DNA of 64,000 nt from NCBI RefSeq assembly GCF_009914755.1, contig NC_060941.1. One strand, written 5' to 3'. Positions 1-14,204 of the stretch are shown in pieces. The first letter of the stretch is position 1, and every line of letters begins with the position of its first letter. The notes beneath the pieces were generated by a model, which ran no database searches, had not been told where the DNA came from, and saw nothing but the letters and a program-made list of their open reading frames with translations. This DNA comes from the human T2T-CHM13v2.0 reference genome, Homo sapiens. The position numbers and the translations under genes are program-made.

Positions 1-445
1 TCAATTTTTGTTTGCTTTCATGTAATAAAAGAAATTATTGATTCTAATGAGCCATCGTATTCTGTTCTTTTACTTGATTGGTCCCACTTTTTTTCTACCC
101 TAACATCTACTTCCAGCAGAAGTGTGGCTTCCAGTTGTTCCATGGAGGCACCTTCAGGGACTACTTCTGGGAAAGGCAGCTGGAGCTAGAACAGGCAGAA
201 GGGGTTCAGCTAGAGCAGATCTGACTTATCTGTTCCAAATAAGATTTTATTTGAACATACAGTTTAAAACTTACTGTAGTAGAACATGTAAATAATGTGT
301 TGACTTATTGCCCTCATGGGCTAAACTGGAACTTGGATCTCACATTCTTTGGATGAGGAATGAGATTGTATTACTCTTCAGAGTTAATCAGCATTCCAGA
401 GGCTTTAGGCTCTATTTTGGATTGAAGCTTACTACCTTGAAATAA

Positions 446-700
<255 letters not shown>

Positions 701-838
701 TGATCCACCCACCTCGGCCTCCCAAAGTGCTGGGATTAGAGGCGTGAGCCATCATGCCTGGCTGAAAGAACTGATTCTAATACGTAGCCAAATTCTTTGT
801 TACAAAGGTTGGTATGTTATTAGAAATTACCTAACATT

Positions 839-1678
839 GAGCCTCTGGAGCTTCTGCCCTGAAAGTTGAGCTATGCAGTTTCAGCAGGTACAAGATCTAC
901 CCCAGACACAAGAGGCGCTATGCCAGGACCGATGGGAAGGTTTTCTAGTTCCTTAGTGCAAAATGCGAGGACATTACTTTCTTTCTTTCTTTTTTTTTTT
1001 TTTTTTTGGAGTCTTGCTCTGTTGCCCAGGCTGGAGTGCAGTGGCGTGATCTCGGCTTACTGCCATCTCCGCCTCCCGCGTTCAAGCAATTCTCTGCCTC
1101 AGCCTCCTGAGTAGCTGGGATTACAGGCGCCTGCTACCACATCCGGCTAATTTTTGTATTTTTAGTAGAGACAGGGTTTCACCTTGTTGGCCAGGCTGGT
1201 CTTGAACTCCTGACCTCATGATCCACCTGCCTCGGCCTCCCAAAGTGCTGGGATTATAGGCGTGAGCCACTGTGCCTGGCCAAGGGCATTCCTTTCTAAG
1301 GAATCCTTAGCAAATAAACTGGTCCTCTACAGAAGAAAGCATAAAAAAGGGACACTTGGAAGAAATTCAAAAGAAAAGAACCTGCTGAGCAGTCAAATTC
1401 CAGAAGGCCATTACTGGTGCATCTCTTGCTAATATAGTGGCCAAGAGGAATGAGAAACATGAAGTTAAAAAGGCTCAATGAAAACAAGCTAGCAGGGCTG
1501 CTAAGGAAGCAAAAAAGGCTAAGCTAGCATCTGAAAAGACCGCAATGGCTGCTGCTAAGGCAGCATCTACACAAAAGATGGTGAAGCCTGTGAAAGTGTC
1601 AGCTCCCCGAGGTGGTTCAAAACACCAAGTTGGCAGATCAGATTCTTAAAGATTGGACTGTAGAAAAATATAAATTAT
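839..1678 (+). pseudogene. RPL24 processed pseudogene, interrupted by an antisense Alu
   Basis: Intronless match to RPL24 mRNA ([23 protein letters not shown]; ..KRTxxAVKFQ..[19 protein letters not shown]). ATG is replaced by CTG (859-861) and the stop by CAA (1626-1628), with indels. A-rich tail remnant and 13-bp TSD ATTACCTAACATT at 826-838 and 1679-1691. Confidence 0.93.
983..1281 (-). mobile_element. AluS-family SINE inserted inside the RPL24 pseudogene
   Basis: Full-length antisense Alu; degraded TSD AGGACATTACTTTCT (968-982) / AGGGCATTCCTTTCT (1283-1297). Confidence 0.9.
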
Positions 1679-2005
1679 ATTACCTAACATTTGAATAACG
1701 TATTTTAGTTTTTCAGAGGACACGTGGCAGGTTATATTGTGCTATAGAGCCTCTTCCACAAATACATTCAGTAATTAAAACAAAAAACACCAAACTCTCA
1801 ACTTACACAAAGCTTAATTGATAACTTATTAAGAAAATTTCAGATTCTATTGCAATCATTCAATCTCAAGGTGCTTTCAGGATCCATAAGTGAGAAGAAA
1901 GGTTTAATGTAGCATAGTGCCAAGTTTTGCATTACTCATATTTTCTTCTAGCGTTGTTACTATCTGGCATTCATTTCTTAACCCTAGAGGTCTTCTGGTT
2001 ATTAA

Positions 2006-2245
<240 letters not shown>

Positions 2246-2892
2246 TAGTAGAGATGGGGTTTCACCATGTTAGCCAGGATGGTCTTGGGCTCCTGACCTT
2301 GTGACCCACCTGCCTCGGCCTCCCAAAGTGCTGGGATCAGAGGCATGAGCCACTGCGCCTGGCCGCTTACGAGGTTTTTTAAAATACACATTTCATTTTC
2401 AATTAAGGCAGATTTAGAATATAGCATAAACACAGAGAAAGTAAACATTTAGACAATTTCAGTGTTTTTCCTACTTAATACTCTGGAACCAGACTGCTTA
2501 TTTTTGGATCCCTGCTGTGTACTTAACAGCTGTGTGATCTTGGGCCATTTGTTTTGTATGCATGGTGTATAGGGCATATGCGGGAGTGATAGGAAACAAG
2601 AATGGGGCCGGGTGCAGTAGTTCACGCCTGTAATTCCAGCACTTCGAGAGGCCAAAGTGGGTGGATTACTTGAGGTTAGGAGTTTAAGACCAGCCTGGCC
2701 AATATGGCGAAACCCTGTCTCTACTAAAAATACAAAAATTAGCCAGGCATGGTGGCGCACACCTGTAATCCCAGCTACTTGGGAGACTGAGGCAGGAGAA
2801 TCCCTTGAACCCGGGAGGCAGAGGTTGCAGTGAGCCAAGCGCCCCTGCACTCCAGCCTGGGCAACAGAGCGAGACTCCATCTCAAAAAAAGA

Positions 2893-3570
2893 AATGAGTG
2901 GAAAGGTAGGCGTAATCAAGACAATAAATAGTCTTGTGTAACATGCAAGAGTTTGAACTGTACGTGGATGGGAAGCCACTGAAGAATTATAAGCAAGGGA
3001 ATTACACCATTACATTGTGCTTTAAAATATTTCTCAAGTACCATTTGGAAGAGGTGAGTTACAGTAAGGCAAGAATGGAGTCGATAAGTGAGTAATGATG
3101 CCTCTCCTACAAGATAGCATGAAGATGACAGGAGAGACAAGATGCCTGAGCTAGGGAATAGGATTAGGGATGAAGGGATGAATTTGAGAGATGTAAGTGT
3201 TAAGTGCAGTGTGGCTAAGACTCATCGACTATGGAGGAGAAGGAGGAAGAATCCAGATTGAGTTCTGTCTTGGATAGCTATCTTTACTCTGATGCAGTTA
3301 TCCAATATAGGAGTTTTAGAGGATAGGAAAGGGGTAGAATATAAGTTTGCAACTGAAGGGCATGTGAGTAAATTATATGCAGTAGGAACTGGAGCTTAAA
3401 ATAGATATCGAGTTTGAAATTATGCATTTTGATGGTACTTGGACCCATAGAAGTAGAGGAATTTATAGGACTAAGGTGAGGGGTAAAAAGGAATTAGAAC
3501 AGAATCTTTGGAACTCTGAAGATGGAAAGAGTGGCTAGGGAAAGAAAGAACCAGAACTATTACACTGATA
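2893..3570 (-). mobile_element. Ancient L2 LINE fragment (approximate bounds)
   Basis: Purine-rich L2-like text (GGGAAGCCACTGAAGAATTATAAGCAAGGG, GGAACTGGAGCTTAAAATAGATAT); highly diverged. Confidence 0.55.
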
Positions 3571-3805
3571 AAACTTTTACTATTTACAGCCTCTTTCCTC
3601 CTTCTTCCCTGTGTCTTTAACATGAGACTAAAGCCAGGAAAGGATTGGGTCCCAGGAAACCAAGCAGGGCTTTTACACTGGTTAGGGTACTTGATGGAAC
3701 TTTTCACTACAGAATGCAAAACTCTACACTCTAAACAGTTGCTGCTCCCCAACTGAAAACTCCTACTCTGGGAAAATGTCTACACTGTACCTTTATTCAC
3801 ATTAG

Positions 3806-4276
<471 letters not shown>

Positions 4277-4325
4277 TGAACGATTCTCCCACCTCAGCCT
4301 CCCGAGTAGCTGGGATTACAGGTAA

Positions 4326-4589
<264 letters not shown>

Positions 4590-4607
4590 TAATAGAAAGG
4601 AGAATTT

Positions 4608-4958
4608 TTTTTAACTTTTATTTTAAATTCAGGGGTACATATGCAGGTATATTGCATAGGTAAACTTGTATCATAGGGTTTGTTATACCGATTATTGCAT
4701 CATCCAGGTATTAAGCCTGGTACCCATTAGTTATTTTTCCTGATCCTCTCCCTCCTCCCACCCTCCACCCTCTGATAGGCCCTAGTGTGTGTTGTTCCCC
4801 TCTATGTGTCCGTGTGTTCTCATCATTTAGCTCCCGCTTATAAGTGAGAACATGTGGTATTTGGTTTTCTGTTCCTGTGTTAGTTTGCTAAGGATAATGG
4901 CCTCTAGCTCCATTCATGTCCTGGCAAAGGACATGATCTTATTCATTTTTCTGACTGC
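4608..4958 (-). mobile_element. 5'-truncated primate L1 (L1PA/L1PB-type) 3' end
   Basis: Antisense L1 3'UTR text (TTCAGGGGTACATATGCAGG...TAAGTGAGAACATGTGGTATTTGGTTTTCTGTTCCTG). TSD AGAAAGGAGAATTT 4594-4607 / AGAAAGCAGAATTT 4959-4972. Confidence 0.88.
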
Positions 4959-5205
4959 AGAAAGCAGAATTTATAATCTGAGTAATGCCATAAGATATAT
5001 AAATAGCGGAAAAATAACTTTACTTATTGATAGACAAATTCATTATGCTGGAATATTTTTATGTTTTCTAGACTAGTGAGTGTGGAGTAATTAGCAATAT
5101 GAGGTTCAAAGTTTGGGTAAAAGATTTATTTTTGTCTTGGTTTTATTTATTTATATAATATATATATGATATGTATATATAGTATATGTATGAATTTATT
5201 TGTAG

Positions 5206-5269
5206 CTCTGAAGATGGCTGTGGTAGATATCTATCATTCCAGGTTAAAGGAGAGACAAAGACGAAAAAA
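5206..5269 (+). CDS. TADA2A: TADA2A coding exon (64 nt): (A)LKMAVVDIYHSRLKERQRRK(K)
   Basis: TTTGTAG acceptor, AA|GTAAGT donor; translation matches ADA2-alpha; phase continues into the next exon. Confidence 0.95.
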
Positions 5270-5316
5270 GTAAGTATAAAAAACCATCCTGGCCTCCTTT
5301 CAGCTTTGGATTATTG

Positions 5317-5319
<3 letters not shown>

Positions 5320-5353
<34 letters not shown>

Positions 5354-5370
5354 TGTGTCTGTGTCTGTGA
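5320..5370 (+). repeat. (TG)n microsatellite forming the tail of an antisense AluJ
   Basis: About 16 perfect TG units, then TC/TG variants, joined directly to Alu 5370-5655. Confidence 0.95.
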
Positions 5371-5845
5371 GAGAGGCAAGGTCTCACTCTGTTGCCCAGG
5401 CTGGAGAGCAGCAGCACAATAATGGCTCACTGCAGCCTCAACCTCTCAGGCTCAATTGATTCTCCCACCTCAGCCTCCTGAGCATGTGGGACTACAGCAG
5501 TGCGCCACCATGCCTGGCTAATTTTTTGTATTTTTTGTAGATACGGGGTTTTGCTGTGTTGGCCAGGCTGGTCTCAAACTCCTGGACTTAAGTGATCCTC
5601 CCTCCTCAGCTCCCAAAGTGTTAGGATTGCAGGCATGAGCCACTGTGCCTGGCCTCAGCTTTGAGTGATTGACCACATATAGTCCATGAGAGAATGCTCC
5701 ACTTGTGACTCATCTTTTGACCTTGGAGAAGACTCTTACCCTCCTTAGACCTCAATTTTTCCTTCTCTCAATTGAGGATAGTAATTCCTGTGTTATTTTT
5801 ATATCCTCTGTCCTTATCCTTTATTGACGTTATGATGAACAATGA

Positions 5846-6277
<432 letters not shown>

Positions 6278-6444
6278 TAAATAAGAGACAGAGTCTCACA
6301 CTTACTCTGTCACCCAGGCTGGAGTGCAGTGTCACTATCATGGCTCACTGCAGTCTCCAACTCCTGGGCTCAAACAATCCTCCCACCTCAGCCTCCCAAG
6401 TAGTTAGGACTACAGGTGCGCACCACCACACTTGGCTAATTTTA

Positions 6445-6835
<391 letters not shown>

Positions 6836-6982
6836 CTACTGCCTTGGTCTCCCAGAGTGCTGGAATTACAGGTGTGAGCCACTGCACTCGGACTGTTAGG
6901 CTTTTTTATTTTATTTTTATTTTTTATTTTATTATTATTACTTTTGAGATGGTCTTGCTCCGTCACCCAGGCTGGAGTGTAA

Positions 6983-7252
<270 letters not shown>

Positions 7253-7714
7253 TAACTGTTCATTTTTTAATGAGAAGTCTTTCATCTAAAAGGATTTCAA
7301 AGAAATTCTGAACAAGTTTCAGGCATACTGGTTCTTCCTCTCTTTGCAACATATCAAAAAGTATACATTCAGACTTAGAAATTATGGATCTCAGACCTCT
7401 GTTGGTTTCAGAGAAGAGTATGCAGAGGGTATAAGTGTGCATGTGTGTGTATGTATGTGTAGGCATGTATTTACTGTGATGTTACTAACTGTAGACACAG
7501 TGATATCTCAGCAATAAAAAGGAGAGAAGCCAGGTGTGGTAGCATGAACCTCTGGTCCTAGCTACTTGGGAGGCTAAGGTGAGAGGATGACTTGAGCCTA
7601 GGAGTTCAAGGCCAGTCTGGGCAACCTAGGAAAACCCCATCTCTTAAAAAAAAAAGCAAAAGAAAAAAAAGGGACTTGAGATTCACTCTGGAGGAACTAA
7701 GATGTGATCTAAAG

Positions 7715-8025
7715 CAGCAGTCCTCAACCTTTTTGGCATCAGGGAGTGGTTTCATGGAAGACTGTTTTTCCATGGATGGCTGGGGGCAGGAATGGTTTTG
7801 GGATGAAACTGTTCCACCTCAGATCATCAGGTATTGGTTAGATTCTCATAAGGAGCACACATCCTAGATCCTCCACGTGAGCAGTTCACAATAGGGATCG
7901 CGCTCCTGTGAGAATCTAATGCTGCCGCTCCTCTGACAGGAGGCAGAGTTCAGACGGTAAAGCTGCTCACCTGCTGTGCAGCCTGGTTCCTAACTGGTCC
8001 ATGGCCCAGGGGTTGGGAACTCCTG
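7715..8025. mobile_element. MER1B-like hAT-Charlie DNA transposon
   Basis: TIRs CAGCAGTCCTCAACC / GGTTGGGAACTCCTG; perfect 8-bp TSD ATCTAAAG at 7707-7714 and 8026-8033; internal MER1 text. Confidence 0.88.
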
Positions 8026-8757
8026 ATCTAAAGTAAAACTTACTCTCTGCATGTCTGGAGTTAGCTTCCATGAAATGCTGAAGAAGCATACCCAGTTGCT
8101 CCTATGAGAAGCTTCATTGCTAGTTATGAATACCTCTGGTATAAATCAGATTCAAGACACATAACTTTGCCTGGTTTAAATTCTCTTTTGCTTAAAACAC
8201 AATTCGAGCTAGAGAGTACTGTAGAACTCAGTTGCTGATGTTGCTATCAAATCTTTTGTTTTATAATGCCCTTTCATTAAACATGCACAATATTTATTTC
8301 TAGTACCGCCAGTGTTGTGTGAATGCACAGTTGTAAATGTTGAATATGTGATCATGGTGCCCTTTAGCAGATTTCTCTAAAATGGCTGTTCTCAATTATT
8401 TCCACAAGCTGAATAGATTAACTTTATGACATGGACAGAGATTCCTTTCGGTTTCATCTTAAGTGACAGACATGTGTTTTTCAGCATTTGTGAGTGGTTA
8501 TTGATTCATTCATTCGTTCAGCAAATAGTCATGGAGAGTCTACTATGCCCAACAAGAGGAAAAACCCGTGATGCCTGAGAGTCTAAAATTGGGTTAGTGA
8601 TTCACTGACCTGCAGAAATTTGTGGGAGTGACTTCTTTGGACCTCTGTATTGTATTCCACCTCAGCATGTTTATGTCTGATGATAGCTATATGTGTAAAG
8701 CATTAGTAAATGTGAAAATAATTCTAATGCACAAATTATTGTGGCTTTTCATTCTAG

Positions 8758-8801
8758 AATTATAAGAGACCATGGATTAATCAACCTTAGAAAGTTTCAA
8801 T
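8758..8801 (+). CDS. TADA2A: TADA2A coding exon (44 nt): (K)IIRDHGLINLRKFQ(L)
   Basis: TTCATTCTAG acceptor, AT|GTAAGT donor, frame-consistent. Confidence 0.95.
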
Positions 8802-8876
8802 GTAAGTATTAGCAGTTTTCTTTATTTTACAATTTTTTTCCAATATTATTGAATAATTTTAAATAAATCACGTATT

Positions 8877-9018
8877 GTAGTTCTTAATCCAAGTTGCATA
8901 TTAGCCTGGCTATCACTCCAGACTAATGAAGTAAGAATCTCTGGGGTTGGAGGCACAGCACCTGCATTTTTAAAAAGTCTTCAGGGCAATTCTGATCCAT
9001 AGTGAGAGTTTAAAGTAT
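8877..9018. mobile_element. MER5A-like hAT MITE (diverged)
   Basis: AGAATCTCTGGGGTTGG...CTGCATTTTTAAAAAG...CAATTCTGAT motif typical of MER5. Confidence 0.55.
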
Positions 9019-9205
9019 TAATTTGGGGCCAGGCGCGGTGGCTCTTGCCTGTAATCCCAGCACTTTGGGAGGCTGAGGTGGGTAGATCACGAGGTCAGGA
9101 GATCAAGACCATCCTGGCTAACATGGTGAAACCCCATCTCTACTAAAAATACAAAAAAAAAATTAGCCAGGCGTGGCGGCATGCACCTGCAATCCCAGCT
9201 ACTCA

Positions 9206-9406
<201 letters not shown>

Positions 9407-10349
9407 TTACAGTGTGAATATTAATGAATAATTTTCTGGATAGAGTCATGTTTTGCAACTATGTGTTAAGCATAACATAACCTTAATCTTCAGGTTGTAA
9501 AAATATTTTAGATAAATAACAGAAAGTGATCTTTATTTTGGATGGTTATAGACAGACAAAATAAATGATATTTAATATTATATGACGGTGATAAAAATAC
9601 ATATAGTGATTTTTAAAATAAATGCCACCTTTGACCTTACTGTGGTTTTTTGTTGTTGTTTGTTTTTTAAGAGACAGGTTCTTGCACTATTGCCCAGGAT
9701 GGAGTGCAGTGGTGTGATGGTATCTTGCTGCAGCCTTGAACTCCTGGGTGCAAGTGATCCTCCCACCTCAGCCTCCTTATTACAGGCTCGAGCTATCGTG
9801 CCTGGCCTTTATTATTTTAAATATCAGAGATACCTAAGCAGGGCAGAAAAAGTCCCTGTACTTTTTCTTCTTCCACAACATAGAGGCTTCCACAACTAAG
9901 AAGGATGATGTCATAATAACAATCACAATGTTTGTATTAAAATATTTGTAATAGTTGTGTGTCATAATATTCTTTTTTTGTAAAGAATAACCTAATGGTT
10001 AGGTTTGTACAATAACCTAATGGTTATTGTAAAACATCCCAGTTGATAGATTCTTGTAGGGGTATTTATTTAATAATATATAGCATCGTAGGGTTCAGTC
10101 AACAAGGTTAAGTGTCTTTTTAGTGTAAATAAATATCTAGCCAGGCATGGTGGCTTGCACCTATAATCCCAGCTACTTGGGAGGCTGAGGCAGCGGATCA
10201 CTTGAGCCCAGGAGTTCAAGGCTGCAGTGAGCTATAATCATGTCACTGCACTCCAGCCTGGGCAACAGAAAATCTATATTTTTTAAAAATATAGCCATCA
10301 TCATAAGTATGTTACATTTTAGGTCCTTTATTATTTATTTATTTTTTGA

Positions 10350-10484
<135 letters not shown>

Positions 10485-10522
10485 TAGCCAGGTGTGGTGG
10501 CAGGCGCCTGTAGTCCCAACTA

Positions 10523-10630
<108 letters not shown>

Positions 10631-12109
10631 TCAAAAAAAATAAAAAGGTAAGCTAGGAAAAAAAAAAATAGCTGTCATAAATGAAAGTCTGTATCGTTAG
10701 TCCAAGAGTAGATAGAACTAACCTAATTACTGATTGAAACGACCCAAGTAGCAGTTCGAGAGTTACTGACTGCTCCAATCTACCAGTTATTGTTAGTCAG
10801 TTTTACTCTCCATCTTCTTTGCAGATACATCTTTGGATTAGTTGTTTGGTCAGTAGTGATCCCCAGAGTTGCTGCTCTGGTGTCTCTGCATGATATTTGC
10901 ATGACAGTTGTCAAATAAAACTTCATTAGCAGTAAATTAAGTTGTAGTAGTTAATTTAGTTTGGAGAAAGGTAAAATGACCCATATGAAGGATGAAAAAA
11001 ATACTTACCTTGCTTGAGGATGTGTAGGTGGGACATGCAAGAAATCACACTTTTTCTCAGCTAATGGGAAATCTTCTGGATGGATTATTTTGTCTGTAGC
11101 TTCTTTGTTTTCCTGTGGGAGTTAATACCATAAATTTTGGCCATAATTCTTCCTAAGAATGTAAGATCTGCCTTTAATTGTCTCGTCCATTACTGCCAGC
11201 AGTTCCTGCCCCTGTGTAGTTTAAAAGACAGTGAGGTGGCCGGGCGCGGTGGCTCACACCTGTAATCCTAGCACTTTGGGAGGCCGAGGCGAGCAGATTG
11301 CCTGAGCTCAGTAGTTCAAGACCAGCCTGGCCAACATGGTGAAACCTCGTCTCTACTAAAATACAAAAAATTAGTCGAGCATGGCGGTGTGCCTGTAATC
11401 CCAGCTACTTGGGAGGCTGAGACAGGAAAATTGCTTGAACCTGGGGAGGCAGAGGTTACAGTGAGCTGAGATCACACCACTGCACTCCAGCCTGGGCCAC
11501 AGAGCAAGACTCCATCTCAAAAAAAAAAAAAAGACAGTGAGGTGGCTGGGCGCGGTGGCTCATGCATGTAATCCCAGCACTTTGGGAGGCCGAGGCGGGT
11601 GGATCACCTGAGGTCAAGAGTTCAAGACCAGCCTGGCCAATGTGGTGAAATTCCGTCTCTACTAAAAATTCAAAAATTAGCTGGGTGTAGTGGCGGGCGC
11701 CTGTAATCCCAGCTACTTTGGGAGGTTGAGGTAGGAGAATTGCTTGAATCCAGGAGATGGAGGTTGCAGTGCGCCGAGATCACCCCAACGCACTCCAGCC
11801 TGGGAGACAGAGCGAGACTCCATCTCAAAAAAAAAAAAGACAGTAGATGTGGGAGATGAGTAGTGCTCAGTGGTGGAGATGATCTCCAGTGTTAACAACA
11901 TCCCTGTGGGATAGTTGCTATGGTGCTGTCATTATGATTAGTGTTTTGCATTCTTGGCTTTCCTGTTTGCTTCCTGTCATGGATAAGTTAGTCATATGAG
12001 GTTATGAATAATGTTCTTCCATTTTACTAATTGTAAAAAAAAAAAAATGCTGAAAACTCAGGGATCCTTACATTTCCCATGACACATTTATGTTTTATTT
12101 TCTCTGTAG

Positions 12110-12220
12110 TAATGGAACGGCGGTATCCCAAGGAGGTCCAGGACCTGTATGAAACAATGAGGCGATTTGCAAGAATTGTGGGGCCAGTGGAACATGACAA
12201 ATTCATTGAAAGCCATGCAT
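12110..12220 (+). CDS. TADA2A: TADA2A coding exon (111 nt): (L)MERRYPKEVQDLYETMRRFARIVGPVEHDKFIESHA(L)
   Basis: TTTTCTCTGTAG acceptor, CAT|GTAGGT donor; matches ADA2-alpha. Confidence 0.97.
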
Positions 12221-12315
12221 GTAGGTGGTTTTTGAGCCTTGAGCAGTATTTGTGTGTGTATATTTATATAAATAGGAGAGATAATGGTGTGTTTTATGTG
12301 AAGTTCTATAAATAA
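12221..12315 (+). CDS. TADA2A: TADA2A short-isoform intronic extension: CRWFLSLEQYLCVYIYINRRDNGVFYVKFYK-stop
   Basis: The frame stays open past the donor to TAA 12313-12315, overlapped by AATAAA at 12311-12316 and 12315-12320. This agrees with my recollection of the annotated C-terminally truncated isoform. Confidence 0.8.
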
Positions 12316-14132
12316 ATAAATGGATATTTCTCTCTTTGTTCCCCTTTATTACCATGAGACAAATTTGGGACTATGGGGGTGGCAGAAGAGAGGTTAAAAA
12401 GCCCTAATGACTTCCCCCATTGCCCCAGATAAACAATAATTTAGTAGTTTTTCTCCCTACTTTGTATCATGGGAACTTTCAAATATATATAGAAGTAGAG
12501 ATAATAATATGATGAACTCCCGTGTATCCATCATCCAGCTTCAGCAGTTTTCAACACATGGCCAGTCTGGTTTCATCTTTACCACTCACTCTTCCCTCCT
12601 GCCCTCAACTGGATTATTCTGAAGCAAATCCCAGACATCATTTTATTTTGTTCATAAATATTTTAGTATTAAAAGTAGTTTTAAAAATGAGGACAGAGAT
12701 GGATAGCTTGTGGAGATAGTACTTCCATCGATCTCTTGCCTTTCTGTGGTATTTCTGTGAGAGCTCTACATAGTTACCATTTGATTTTTCACTATAAAAA
12801 ATTAAAAGTTGTTATGAGGCCGGGCGTGGTGGCTCACACCTGTAATCCCAGCACTTTGGGAGGCCAAGGCAAGAGGATTGCTTGAGTCGAGGAGTTCGAG
12901 ACCAATCTGGGCAACATAGTAAAACTCCATCTCTACAAAAATACAAAAGTTAGCCAGGCATGGTAGTGCACACCTGTAGTCTCAGCTACTTTGGAGGCTG
13001 AGGTGGGAGGATTGCTTGAACCCGGGTAGCAGAGGTTGCGGTGAGCTGAGATCACACCACTGCACTCCAGCCTGAGCGACAGAGTGAGACCCTGTTTCAA
13101 AACAAAATATGTTGGTATGGCAGTAAGGCCTAGATTGTTAAAATAATATGGACTCTGGCTTGTTCTGTACCTTTCATCATGACATTTGTGTATGTGGCTT
13201 CTAAGTTTAGTTCTGGGAAGGTAGTCTACTAAGGCCCTTATTCTCACCGTGAAAATATTTCTTACATAGCATTGCAGACATTTATCTGAGCCAGGTTGGT
13301 TGTCCTCACCAAACACCTTGTTTGGTTAGCATTCTTTGTGTGGTTTGTACCAGGTGACTGATCCTTTACTTCCTGTCCCAGTTTGGGACACACCCCTGGT
13401 TTATGTGTCATTCCAAAACACTACACCCCATGGATTGTCCAGGCTCTTCCTTCATTCTCTGTTTCAAAAGCAGCCAAATTAGAATGATTTGTAGAACTTT
13501 TAATAGAAGATAGTTAGAGCAGGGAAACTTGGTTGTTAAAAAAATTATATTTTGCCCAGTGCGGTGGCTCATTCCTATAATGCCAGCTACTTTGGAAGGC
13601 CGAGGCGGGTGGATCACCTGAGGTCAGGAATTCGAGACCAACCTGGCCATCATGGCAGAACCCCATCTCTACTAAAAATACAAAAATTAGCCGGGTGTGG
13701 TGGTAGATGCCTGTAATCCCAGCTACTCAGGACGCTGAGGCAGGGGGAATTGCTTGAACCCGGGAGGTGGAGGTTGCAGTGAGCCGAGATCATGCCATTG
13801 CAGCCTGGGCGACAGAGCGAGACTCTGTCTCAAAAAAAGAAAAAAAAAATTTTTACTTTTGTAGACAAATGAATTTAACCATTTCACTAAGTTTTCTAGA
13901 AGACAGTTCCAGCTGCTGCATCTGGAGACAGCAGCTGGAAGATAGCTGGAGTAGGTTTTCCTCAGCTCTTGGGTAAAATTTCTAATGAGAAGTTACCAAC
14001 GAGTAGGATTCTCCAAATGAACTTCCCTAGTCTTATAAGGCAGAATTAATGAAAATGCTCAATAGCAAAAGTGCTCACTAATGTTGCTTTTGTTTTTGTA
14101 ATTTTTTCCTTCATTCCTTTTGGGGAAAACAG

Positions 14133-14204
14133 TGGAATTTGAACTCCGAAGGGAAATCAAGAGGCTCCAAGAATACAGGACAGCAGGCATTACCAATTTT
14201 TGTA
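14133..14204 (+). CDS. TADA2A: TADA2A coding exon (72 nt): (L)EFELRREIKRLQEYRTAGITNFC(S)
   Basis: AAAACAG acceptor, TA|GTAAGT donor; conserved ADA2 motif RLQEYRxAGIT. Confidence 0.96.
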
